A DNA stretch of 64,000 nt from Phycisphaerales bacterium (GTDB lineage Bacteria; Planctomycetota; Phycisphaerae; Phycisphaerales; UBA1924). The stretch is taken from positions 2,080,001-2,144,000 of the forward strand of contig OZ245777.1 in assembly GCA_965227775.1 (NCBI GenBank), read 5' to 3'. A model generated the notes under the pieces. That model saw nothing but the letters and a program-made list of their open reading frames with translations. It ran no database searches and was not told where the DNA came from. The stretch's first letter is position 1; every line of letters begins with the position of its first letter. This document shows positions 1-9,500 of this stretch, one piece after another. Made by a program: the position numbers and the translations under genes.

Positions 1-2
1 TG

Positions 3-1868
3 CTCGACCAGGCGGCCGATGAACTCGCGCGTCTGACGCTCTCACTCGACGATGCGCGATTGGTGGTCGGTCTGCTTGGAACGCAAGAGCGGGCGAGCGT
101 CGTGCGCGCCGCCGAGATCGCCTACGGGCTGGCCCGTCGTGCCGGAGAGGGAATCGAAGCCCGCTTCGAACAGCAGCGGGCCATCATCGATGCCGGAGGC
201 GAACTTGCACCCGGGGATCACACGCTCAATCGGCGGATGGCCGAGATTGAGTTGGCCGTGCGACGCCCCTTGCTGATGGGCCGTTCGGCTGCGCTCCGCA
301 TTGCCGGCGATGCCGACGACGCCGGACCCCAGGACGCGATTACGCAGCTCCAGGGTCTTCGGGTCGGCTCGGGTGATGCTGAGGCGATTCGCGATACGGC
401 GCTCGCGATCGCGTTCGTACACCAGCCGGGCGGTAAGCAGCGGGCCATCGACACGCTTGCATCGGTGGTCTCAGCGCGCCCGATCCCCGCCGGCTCACGC
501 ACGCACGCCGAAGCCATGCTGTTGCGAACCCGGCTGGAGCGCCGACTCGAAGACCAGGTACGCGCGATCACTCAGGCCGGGTCGGTGCCGCCATTCGTCG
601 ATGACGTCGGACGAGTTGACCCAGCACTGCTTGTATTGGCCGTGGAAGCCCGAGCGCGCGTGTTGTCAGAGGCGGGTGAGCTCGAACAAGCCGCTCGCGC
701 GTTGATCGAGCTCGAGGACCAGTCGGTGCTCGGTGGTTCGAGATCGCAGCGAGCGCGTCTCGCCGACGAGCGACTCTCGGCCCTCGCCCAAGCCAACAAC
801 GAGTGGACTGGCGTCGCCGGCGACGTGGTGCTCCGGGTGGCGCGGGCACTGGTCGCGCAGGACGTGCCCAGCCTGGACGAGCGTGCCATCCAAGTGTTGG
901 ACGGACTTCTTCAGCGATCTGACGACGATGGAGCGATTGCTGAGCTTGAACCCGCGGGAGAGCTGCTCGCACGCTTGCTGCTGGCAACCGCAGATCGAAC
1001 CGACGAAGCCGAACTGGCGAGCGTGCGCCGCATCGAGGCCGTGCGGCTTATCGCGTCGTTGCTGCGGTCGCCCGAAGCCGACCTCACAGGCTTGTTGGGT
1101 GCCGGAGCGACACTCTCGCTTGGACCGGCTGGCAACGGATTGGAGATTGAGCAACGTCGGCGGTTGCTGTCGGCAGCGATCGAACGCCTGCCGACCGATC
1201 TTTCCGCCGACCGCTGGCGTCTCGGCCTGGCGGCCAGCTGGATGACGCCACCACAAGACTGGCCAACTGCGCTCAAGCTCGCAGAAGCGGCGATGCGAGG
1301 CGATGACCCCGCCACACGAGCCGACGCGATCGCGCTTGCCGGCGCGATTCACTCTTCCGTCGTCGAGGGCGCGGCTGACCGTGCGCCGTCGCTCGATGCA
1401 CTCCAGGCGGCGCTGTTCTTCGCGCGGTCGCACCCTGGCGCCACCGAGATCGACCAGCAGGTGCTGGCAATGAAAGTTGCCTCGGCGTTGCTCGATCGCG
1501 GCCGACGCGAGGACGCTGTTGGTGTGCTCGACGCCGTGAACGGGGTGCCCGGTGTCGAGGCGATCATCCTCCGAGCTCGTGCGCAGGACGTGCTGGGGTC
1601 GAGCGAGGAGGCATTCGCTGCCTATCTCGCCGCGTCATCGTTGTTGCGACCGGAATCTGGTGATCAGTACTGGTTGGTGTGGACGCGGCTGCTGGAACTT
1701 CTCAGCCAGGAGCGGCGGGCTCGCGTCAATCAAGGCCAGGCTACGGGCGAGATGGAAGCTCGTATCCGCGGCTATCTCCTGAAGCTCCGTGCTGTCGACG
1801 CCGGGCTCGGAGGCCCGAAGTGGGCCAGCCGGCTCGGGCGGGTCGAGCGGACACTCGACTCCAAGTAG
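3..1868 (+). CDS. Hypothetical alpha-helical (TPR-like) protein, 5'-truncated by the window edge
   Basis: The frame is open from position 3 (LDQAADELARL...) to TAG at 1868. The sequence is Ala/Leu/Arg-rich and helical-looking, with no recognisable catalytic motif. Confidence 0.6.
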   Translation, partial: LDQAADELARLTLSLDDARLVVGLLGTQERASVVRAAEIAYGLARRAGEGIEARFEQQRAIIDAGGELAPGDHTLNRRMAEIELAVRRPLLMGRSAALRIAGDADDAGPQDAITQLQGLRVGSGDAEAIRDTALAIAFVHQPGGKQRAIDTLASVVSARPIPAGSRTHAEAMLLRTRLERRLEDQVRAITQAGSVPPFVDDVGRVDPALLVLAVEARARVLSEAGELEQAARALIELEDQSVLGGSRSQRARLADERLSALAQANNEWTGVAGDVVLRVARALVAQDVPSLDERAIQVLDGLLQRSDDDGAIAELEPAGELLARLLLATADRTDEAELASVRRIEAVRLIASLLRSPEADLTGLLGAGATLSLGPAGNGLEIEQRRRLLSAAIERLPTDLSADRWRLGLAASWMTPPQDWPTALKLAEAAMRGDDPATRADAIALAGAIHSSVVEGAADRAPSLDALQAALFFARSHPGATEIDQQVLAMKVASALLDRGRREDAVGVLDAVNGVPGVEAIILRARAQDVLGSSEEAFAAYLAASSLLRPESGDQYWLVWTRLLELLSQERRARVNQGQATGEMEARIRGYLLKLRAVDAGLGGPKWASRLGRVERTLDSK

Positions 1869-1881
1869 TTGGCTCGGCTGA

Positions 1882-2361
1882 TCAGAGCTGAGCCTCGAGC
1901 CACGCCAGGTACTTGTCGGCATCCGCGTAGCCCTCGAGCATCGCCACCGGCTCGCCGTTCTCAAGCACGACCGTGCTCGGGAAGGCCCGGACGCCAAGCT
2001 GCTGCAGCGTTGGCATCGCGAGTTGCGTGTCGGTGCCGTCGATCATGACGGGCTGACTGCGATTGGCTAGCAGCGACACGATGCGATCGTCGCTCAGCGT
2101 CGTGCGCTTGAGTTCCTGGCATGGCCCGCACCAATCGGCGGTGACAACCGCAACGACCGGGCGCTCACCCTCCAACGAAATTGCGGACAGATCGGTCATG
2201 ACGGGCATGAACTCAGGGGGAGGCGCGGGCGGACCGCCGCTGACGACCATGCGCGCAAGCAGCAGTCCAGCTGCGATAAGGATCGCAAACGAGAAAAAGA
2301 GGCCAGCCATACGTCCGCCAGACTTCGTCGGGCGTTGCGTCGTCGTATCGGCGGGATTCAT
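1882..2361 (-). CDS. Membrane-anchored thioredoxin family protein
   Basis: N-terminal TM helix and the TADWCGPC active site. Start chosen at MNPADTT. Confidence 0.85.
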   Translation of the reverse strand: MNPADTTTQRPTKSGGRMAGLFFSFAILIAAGLLLARMVVSGGPPAPPPEFMPVMTDLSAISLEGERPVVAVVTADWCGPCQELKRTTLSDDRIVSLLANRSQPVMIDGTDTQLAMPTLQQLGVRAFPSTVVLENGEPVAMLEGYADADKYLAWLEAQL

Positions 2362-2458
2362 GGCTGGTCCTTTCGCTTGGTGAGCAGAAAATGAGGGCGG
2401 TCGAGATGAGACACAACCGAGGAAGACAGCGTGGTATTCACGCCTTGCCCAAGCCAAG

Positions 2459-3427
2459 TTATTGGATCAGCAGTGTTTCGGTCAGGTCGTTCAGCGTCAC
2501 GACGCCCACCGGCTTGCCGTTCTGTGTGACGATCGCCAGGTCAGCATCGGCCGCCAGGATGCGGCGGATGCCGACGACGGACGGCGTGTCGGGTGAGACG
2601 AGCACCGCCGGCAGCAGGCGATCGGGCTCGGTGGGCTCACCGGCGAGCAGCGCGATCGCGGAGGCAACGCCAAGCACGCGACCATGGCCATCGGTCACGG
2701 GCACCGTCGTCGCGGGCGTCGGGCCTAGTGCGCGACGGATGCGCTGGTGCGACCAGTCGGCGTGCACCTTCTGGGCCATCGACCACGAGAGCATCTCGTC
2801 GCCCACCCGGCCACGGCCGAGCGCGAGGGCCCGGTCGAGCAGCGTCGAGTGCTCGTCGCTCATGCCGCTGGGGCCGCCGGCTTCCTTCAGGATATTGGCC
2901 ATGCGTTGCCGGGCGTCGGACGAACCGCCAAGGCCCGCTCCGCCGATGAGTCTGGTCATGGCCTGCCCAGCGAGCATGACCAGCGGCACCACCCCGAGCA
3001 TCACGTAGAACACGCGAAGCCCCCGGAGGACCGGCGCGAAGAGGTAGGTCAGGCGGTCGGCACCCGTGCGGAAGAGCTCCTTGGGCAGCGACTCGCCGAA
3101 GACGAGGATGATCGGCGTCACGACAATGGACTGCACGACGAGCGTGAGGATCGGCCCCATGCCCGCCGCGCCGAGCAGGGCAGAGACACCAAGCACGCCG
3201 ATGTAGTTGCACACGTTATTGTGCACCAAGAGCGTCGAGAGCAGGCGATCGGTCCGGCGGATCTCGGTGCGGAGCATGAGCGCCGAGTGATCGCCGCCCA
3301 GCGCCCGAGTCTCGAGCCCAAGGCGGCCGAGCGAGTACAGCCCCATCTCGAGCCCGCTCGCCAACGCCGAGCCCATGAGTCCGAGCAGCGCGACCAGCGA
3401 CCAGAGGATGACCTCGCCGCTGCTCAC
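2459..3427 (-). CDS. CNNM (DUF21)/CBS domain membrane protein
   Basis: SGLEMGLYSL, LLSTLLVHNN and VFGESLPKE motifs of DUF21, followed by a degenerate CBS pair (GVVTLNDL). Confidence 0.85.
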   Translation of the reverse strand: MSSGEVILWSLVALLGLMGSALASGLEMGLYSLGRLGLETRALGGDHSALMLRTEIRRTDRLLSTLLVHNNVCNYIGVLGVSALLGAAGMGPILTLVVQSIVVTPIILVFGESLPKELFRTGADRLTYLFAPVLRGLRVFYVMLGVVPLVMLAGQAMTRLIGGAGLGGSSDARQRMANILKEAGGPSGMSDEHSTLLDRALALGRGRVGDEMLSWSMAQKVHADWSHQRIRRALGPTPATTVPVTDGHGRVLGVASAIALLAGEPTEPDRLLPAVLVSPDTPSVVGIRRILAADADLAIVTQNGKPVGVVTLNDLTETLLIQ

Positions 3428-4779
3428 TTGCCACCTCCCGCTGCGTCTGGCGCTTCGAGCGTTTGCGATGTCAGGCGGAGCAGCACGCGGTCGATCGTTC
3501 GTCCGGTGACGACCTCCACCTCGACGTGGACCGGCCCGAAGTCCACCTCGTCGCCACGCTCCGCGAGGCGGCCGAGCGACGCCATGACGGCGCCGGCGAT
3601 TGTCACCGCCTCGGGTGGGAGATCGAAGTCCTGCACGCGGTGCTCGGTGAATAGTCGTGCGAGCTCGCCGACGGGCATCCGCCCCGGCACGCTCCAGCAG
3701 CCCAAGCCCACCATGATGATGCCATCAGCGCCGGTCTCGCCGTGCTCGATGGGCATGCCCACCAGGCCGCGCAAGAGGTCGGCAAAATCGAGCAGACCGG
3801 TGCTCTCGCCGTGCTCGTCGACGCACACCGCCGTTCGCGCCTTTCGTTCGCGGAGCTGGTTGAGCACGCGATCGAGCCGGGCGTTCTCGGGTACATAGAT
3901 CGGCTTCTCGAGCATGGGCCGGCCGCGTGCGAGCGTTGACTTCACGTCGAGGATGCGCGTGATCGTTGCGCCCTTGTCGTCGAACACGGGCAGCCGGTGG
4001 GCGCCCGTGCGGTGAACGAACTGCACGAGATCACCGATGGGCATGTGGGGCGAGACCGATGGCAGGTCGAGCCTCGGTGTCATCGCCACTCTGGCGCGCA
4101 CCTGGCTCAGGCCGACGACGCCCTCGAGCAACTCCTGCTCGTGATCATCAATCGTGCCACCGTGGGCGCCGGCTCTGATCAGAGTACGTACGGCGGTCGC
4201 ATCGTGCGGCGCGTCGATGGGTGCCATGTGGATGAGCCGGGAGAGCGGGGCAACGACGAGTGCGTCGATGGCCATCAGCAAGCCACCCAAGGCGAGGCTC
4301 ACCGACATCAGCAGTGGGGCGGCGATGCGTGCCCAGCGCGTGCGGAAAGTGTCGGCTGTCAGCTTCGCCAGGATCTCGCCAAACAGGATGATCGCGACGA
4401 GGGGCGTCACCGCCGCCAGAACGCCGAGCAACGGCGATCGCGTGGTCTGCAAGAGCAGGGCGGCCGCCGCGAAGTACAGCACGTTGACCACCATGTTCAG
4501 CAGCAGAACGCAGATGAGCAGCCGCCTCGGCTTCGCGAGCAACTCATCGATCGTGCTTGCGGCTTTGGGTGCTTGGCGTCGCAGGGCGACGCGCTCTCCG
4601 TGCGTGAGGCCGAACATCGCGGTCTCGCTGCCAGACGCCGCCGCGGATGCGACGAGGAGGCCCGCCATCAGCACAATGAGGCCGATGGCGAGCCCGCCGC
4701 CACCTTCCGCGGCGAGTTCTGCTGCTCCGTTAAAGCCTTGGGCGAGCGGCTCGGTCGAAGTATCGGGCGTGGGCGTCAT
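3424..4779 (-). CDS. CNNM (DUF21)-CBS-CorC/HlyC hemolysin-family protein
   Basis: SGSETAMFGL, FGEILAK, AMTPR and VDEHGESTGLL motifs, plus a C-terminal transporter-associated domain. 4-bp overlap with the next gene. Confidence 0.88.
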   Translation of the reverse strand: MTPTPDTSTEPLAQGFNGAAELAAEGGGGLAIGLIVLMAGLLVASAAASGSETAMFGLTHGERVALRRQAPKAASTIDELLAKPRRLLICVLLLNMVVNVLYFAAAALLLQTTRSPLLGVLAAVTPLVAIILFGEILAKLTADTFRTRWARIAAPLLMSVSLALGGLLMAIDALVVAPLSRLIHMAPIDAPHDATAVRTLIRAGAHGGTIDDHEQELLEGVVGLSQVRARVAMTPRLDLPSVSPHMPIGDLVQFVHRTGAHRLPVFDDKGATITRILDVKSTLARGRPMLEKPIYVPENARLDRVLNQLRERKARTAVCVDEHGESTGLLDFADLLRGLVGMPIEHGETGADGIIMVGLGCWSVPGRMPVGELARLFTEHRVQDFDLPPEAVTIAGAVMASLGRLAERGDEVDFGPVHVEVEVVTGRTIDRVLLRLTSQTLEAPDAAGGGK

Positions 4780-4797
4780 GGCTGGGCCTGGGACAAC

Positions 4798-5307
4798 TCA
4801 GGCGTCTGGCGCGTGCGCTGGCACGCCCACTTGCTCGAGCATCCGCTCGAAGTATCGCCACTGCTGCAGCACGCCGGCCGCCGCGCTGGCCTTCCCGTCC
4901 TCAAGTGGCTCATCGCCCGATCCGAGGAGATGGCCCAACTCACGAGCGAGGTCCGCACGCCGATCGGCCGCCCATTTGCGCCATCGCGTTACGGCCGCCT
5001 CGTCTCCCGACGCCGTCGCCTCTTCGGCTTCTTGGCGAACCTCGAGGATCTCAGCCAAGAACTCGGGCGAGAGCGGCGGGGCCTTGGCCCCCGGCGCCCG
5101 GATTGCCATCACAGCGCGGGCCCGGAGCTCGGGGTCGAGCAGCGTCGTCCGCGCCTCGTTAAGCGTGGATGGGTCCGCCGAACCTTCTCCAGGGGCAAGA
5201 TCGGGGTGAGACGAAGCAATGCGCTGGAGATACGCTTGTTCGATTTTTGATCGGTCGAGATCGAAGCTCACGGCCAATCCGAGGATGTCGAAGGCGCTGG
5301 GTGCCAT
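4798..5307 (-). CDS. hscB: HscB-like J-domain co-chaperone
   Basis: FDILGL...FDLD, HPD motif, LNEARTTLLDPELRA and PEFLAEILEVRQ resemble HscB. Confidence 0.7.
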   Translation of the reverse strand: MAPSAFDILGLAVSFDLDRSKIEQAYLQRIASSHPDLAPGEGSADPSTLNEARTTLLDPELRARAVMAIRAPGAKAPPLSPEFLAEILEVRQEAEEATASGDEAAVTRWRKWAADRRADLARELGHLLGSGDEPLEDGKASAAAGVLQQWRYFERMLEQVGVPAHAPDA

Positions 5308-5424
5308 TGAGTGTTGACGATAGGCCGCCACGGAAAAGGGGTTGACCGGTCGGCCCGGATCGGCGAGTATGGTGTCGGCGGAGGGGCCGGCTTCGCGAGG
5401 GGCCGGTGCGAATGGAGGCTTGCC

Positions 5425-6129
5425 TTGCCATCACAACACGTCGGGATCGTGGCCGTGAGCCCCGAAGGCGCCGCCCTCACGTATCGCCAATTCAACCGAC
5501 ACGCAACCCAGATGACCCTCCCGGACAATCGCCCCAGCGTCACGATGCACGGCGAACCGTTCGACCAGTACCTCCGGGCGATCGGTGATCAGGACTGGGA
5601 AAGCGTGGGCTCGCTGCTGCGACGCTCGGCCGAGTGCCTGGCAGCCGCCGGAGCCCAGTTCTGCCTGACGCCGGACCACGTTGTTCAGCACGCCGTCCAG
5701 ATGGCCGAAACGGGCTGCCCGATTCCCTGGTTGACCATGGCCCAGCTCTTGGCCGACCAGGTGGGCCAGGACGGCCGCCAAAGCGTCGGAATCCTGGGTA
5801 CTCGCCTGGTGACCAACGGTTCGGCCTACCAGACGCACTTGGGCCTCCGGGGGGTGAAGGTGATGACCCCAAGCCCTGAGGAGGTCGACGAGGTCGACTC
5901 GATCATCTTCCAGGAGCTTGTACTCGGAGAGACCCGCGAGGCCTCCCGCCAGCGGCTGGGCGAGATCATCGGGAGGCTCGCCGATCGGGGCGCCGAGGCC
6001 ATCGTGATGGGCTCCAGCGAGGTCCCGCTGCTGCTCTCGAGCGCGAATTGCCCGCTTCCGCTCTATGACCCGGGCGAGATCCAGGTGGTCACGGCGGTCA
6101 AGATGGCTGTCGGGCCGGCGGCGGCATGA
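5425..6129 (+). CDS. Aspartate/glutamate racemase family protein with a degenerate active site
   Basis: GIVAVSPEGAALTYR, LAAAGAQF, VGILGT and GAEAIVMGSSEVPLL. TTG start chosen after GGAGG at 5414-5418. Confidence 0.8.
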   Translation: MPSQHVGIVAVSPEGAALTYRQFNRHATQMTLPDNRPSVTMHGEPFDQYLRAIGDQDWESVGSLLRRSAECLAAAGAQFCLTPDHVVQHAVQMAETGCPIPWLTMAQLLADQVGQDGRQSVGILGTRLVTNGSAYQTHLGLRGVKVMTPSPEEVDEVDSIIFQELVLGETREASRQRLGEIIGRLADRGAEAIVMGSSEVPLLLSSANCPLPLYDPGEIQVVTAVKMAVGPAAA

Positions 6130-6555
6130 TGCGGACGGGGGCCGTACATCGGCCGCCGGAGACGACCGATCCGATCGTCCGAGAGCCAGTTATCGAAAGC
6201 CCCCGGATTGCAACCCAAGGCGATCCGGAGGCGAATACATGCGAGCCGAGCGCTCGGAGTCGCGAAAAAGGGCTGGACAAGTGGGGGTGCCCGCTGGTAT
6301 CCTGACTCCGAGCAGATCCGCGTGCAAGGCGGGAGCCGTCGACAGGCGGTATCCTTCGCCGACCGAGGACGTACACGGTCGAGCGCAGGCCCTGCATCCC
6401 GCCCCACGTGAGCGTGCCGGTGCACAACGCATCGGTGGACAAGCAGGCCACCTGACCGACCAGCCCTTGGGCAGGATGGCGACCGCACCAACCCTCCCAC
6501 GGGTCCCACGAGCAAACCAGCCGGCCAGACGCCGATCCATACCTGGAGCATCATC

Positions 6556-9500
6556 ATGAGTGGCCAACGTACCGGTTCGCCCCGCCACGCCAAGTCCCCA
6601 TTCGGCCTTGGCCGCCTCCGCTCGCTGTATCGCTCGGCCGGCAAGGCCCTGGGAGAGCCGCGTGCGACCGAACCCGAGGGGACGGGGCAGATCCTCGAGC
6701 AGCTCGAGTCGCGAATCTTGCTCGGCGGCGATCACCCGAGCTTTGAGTTGCCGCTGACGCCCACCTCGGGCACCGAGATCGTGCTCGACGGCGTGACCGG
6801 CGAGGGCACCGTCGACGGCGAGATCGAAGACATCACGATGAGCCTGGCGGACGACCTGTTCCGCTTCGATGCTCCGCAGACCGACTTCGTCACCGTGTGG
6901 GCCGACACCATCAACGTGGTTGGCGGCTCCGCGCTCGATTCGCGCGTCGAGATCTACGACATCGACGGAGCGCTCGTGGCCCAGGGGTCCTCGCAGGGCG
7001 AGCTCTCCGATGGCCTCTTCTCCGACGGCTGGGCGGGCTTCCTGGCCGAGGGCGGCGAGACCTACTTCATCCGCGTGCTGAGCGACGTGGACAACGCGGG
7101 TCAGATGACGACCGGCGAGTACACGGTGCGCGTCGATGCGATCACGAATACCGACCTGGTCATCGAAACCGACCCCATGCCGACGCCCCCGGCCCGCTTC
7201 GGTGCCGGCTTTGCCAGCGGGTCGATCACGCTGGTCGGCGACGACGTCGTCTACCGCGTCGAGGCGGGCAGCGACGACGCGTTCAACTCGCTGGCGACCT
7301 TCTACGCCGCCCTGCCTGCAATGCTCCCGTCGGACCTTGACACCCGCGTCGACGTGTACGACGAGCAGGGCCGGTTCCTGACCGGCGACAGCGACACGGG
7401 CCGACTGCTCACCGGCTTCGACATTGTGGAGTCGGCGGCCGACGCCGTGTTCTTTGTCCGCGTCCGCAGCGACCGCTTCGACGCGGGCGATACGCGTTCG
7501 ACCGGCGCGTACCAGATCAACGCAGAGATGGCCGCCGCCGAAATCGACATCGATCCGGTCATCCGTCGCGGCCAGACGACCGACGCCATCGCCAGCGCCT
7601 TCGACACCAGGATCTACCGGTTCACCACACAGGGCTCGGGTCTGAGCTTCGTTGGCGCAATCGGCACGGGCCTTGTGCCATTGCCCGAGCCGGCCGTCCG
7701 GCTGTACGACAGCAACGCGGATCTCGATGGGTTCAGCGACCTTGCCGGCATCGCCGACCTGCAGATCCAGCTCGAGGGCAACACCGAGTACTTCGTGGTC
7801 GTCGAGACCTTCGATAACCCGCCCGGTGGCCAGTATGACCTGCTCATCGAGAGCAACCACACGTTCTTGCCGAACCAGGAGATCGATGATCACGTCGATC
7901 GTCTTGAGGGCAACGACCCTGACGGCGAGCCGATCGAGTTCAGCCCGACCGAGGGGTACACCAACCCCGACCAGTTCGACTTCGTCCGCCGCCAGTTTGA
8001 GTTGGCGACACCGCTGCGCTTCAGCGATCCGTTCTTGTACACCCGTACGTTCGTCGACCCGAACGGCATGTTCCCCGACGTGGTCAACCCAGTCGCGGAC
8101 CGCTCGTACGTGCAGCAGGCGCTGGGAACGGGCCGCATCCACAGCTTCGGCGATACCGATCTGTTCCAGTTCACCGTGCCGCTCGACATGCTGGGTGACT
8201 ACGCCGGCGACAACGACGACGTGGGCGACGCCCTCTTCGCCGGTGGCCAGGGTGACTTCATCATCAAGGGCACCGACAACGACACCGGCGGCCCGATCAC
8301 CCGGAGCTTCCTGGGCGTCTGGGATGCGCAGGATTGGTGGCCGGTGCGCGCTGGCGTTGACATGGAAATCTACGCGATGGAGTCGTGGACGTACGACCCA
8401 GACGCTGACGTTGGTGGCACTGCCCTCATCCTGGGCGGCGAGTTCCAGTTCGCCGACTTCCAAGCGGCGCCGTTTGTCGCGGCGTACGCGTATGACCCGA
8501 CGCCGGGCGTCGAGGAGTTCGTGCTCACGCCGCTCGCCGGCGGCCTAGACGGAGCCGTGTACGACTTCGGCGTATTCGATCTGGACCCCGACGACGACAT
8601 CGAGAGCCAGCTCATCGTGGCAGGCGAGTTCACGGGCGGCATCCGCTCGTACACCGTCCAGCCCGGCGACTTCATCTCCGCCGGTGTGTTCGCTCCGCTG
8701 CCGATCGCGACCTTTGCGTCCGAGTACTACGCGATCGAGGTGTTCGATCCGGCTGATCCGGAAATGGGCGATGAGAACCCCGAGAGTCTCTGGTTCGGCG
8801 GAACCGGCTGGCTTGAGGAACTGATCGTCGACGACATGGGGCCGCGAGCCGGTGCGTTCTTCGAGATCGAGCAAGGCGCGGGTGATGGTGTCGTCCTCGA
8901 CCTGAAGTCGTTCGAGATCCCGCCACCCCCCGTGGGCATGGGCGAAGCAACGGAAGGCCTTGTGGTCGGCGGCACCTTCGACGGCGTCGAGGGCTTCGCC
9001 GTCAGCAACGTGTTCTTCATCGAGGGCGATGCGGGCGCAATGGCGCCGGGTGCATTCATCCTCGACGACATGGGCGGCGGCGTGAACGACACCGTCCGCG
9101 CGCTCGAGGCGTGGGATCGTGACGGCTCGGGCACCGATCTCTTCGATGAGATCATCGTCGGCGGCGACTTCACCGCCACGGCAGGCGGCCAGCCCCTGAA
9201 CTTCATCGGTTCCTACGCGGGTGCATGGGCATCACTGGGCTCCGCGCTGCCCGCCGGCGGACCGGTCGACTTCAACGCACCGGTGCACAGCCTCAACGTC
9301 TTCATCGACGGCGAGTTTGGCGTCGGCACGGCGCCGTTCGCCGAGAACCCGGTTCTGTACGCCGGTGGTGAGTTCACTGTCGCCGATGGCAGCCCCATCG
9401 GCCGCATCGGGGGCCTGACCTTCGACACCACGCTCCTTGTGTGGACGTGGACGCCGCTCGGCTTCGGCTCGACCGATACCGTTTTCGCGCTCGAGAACTT

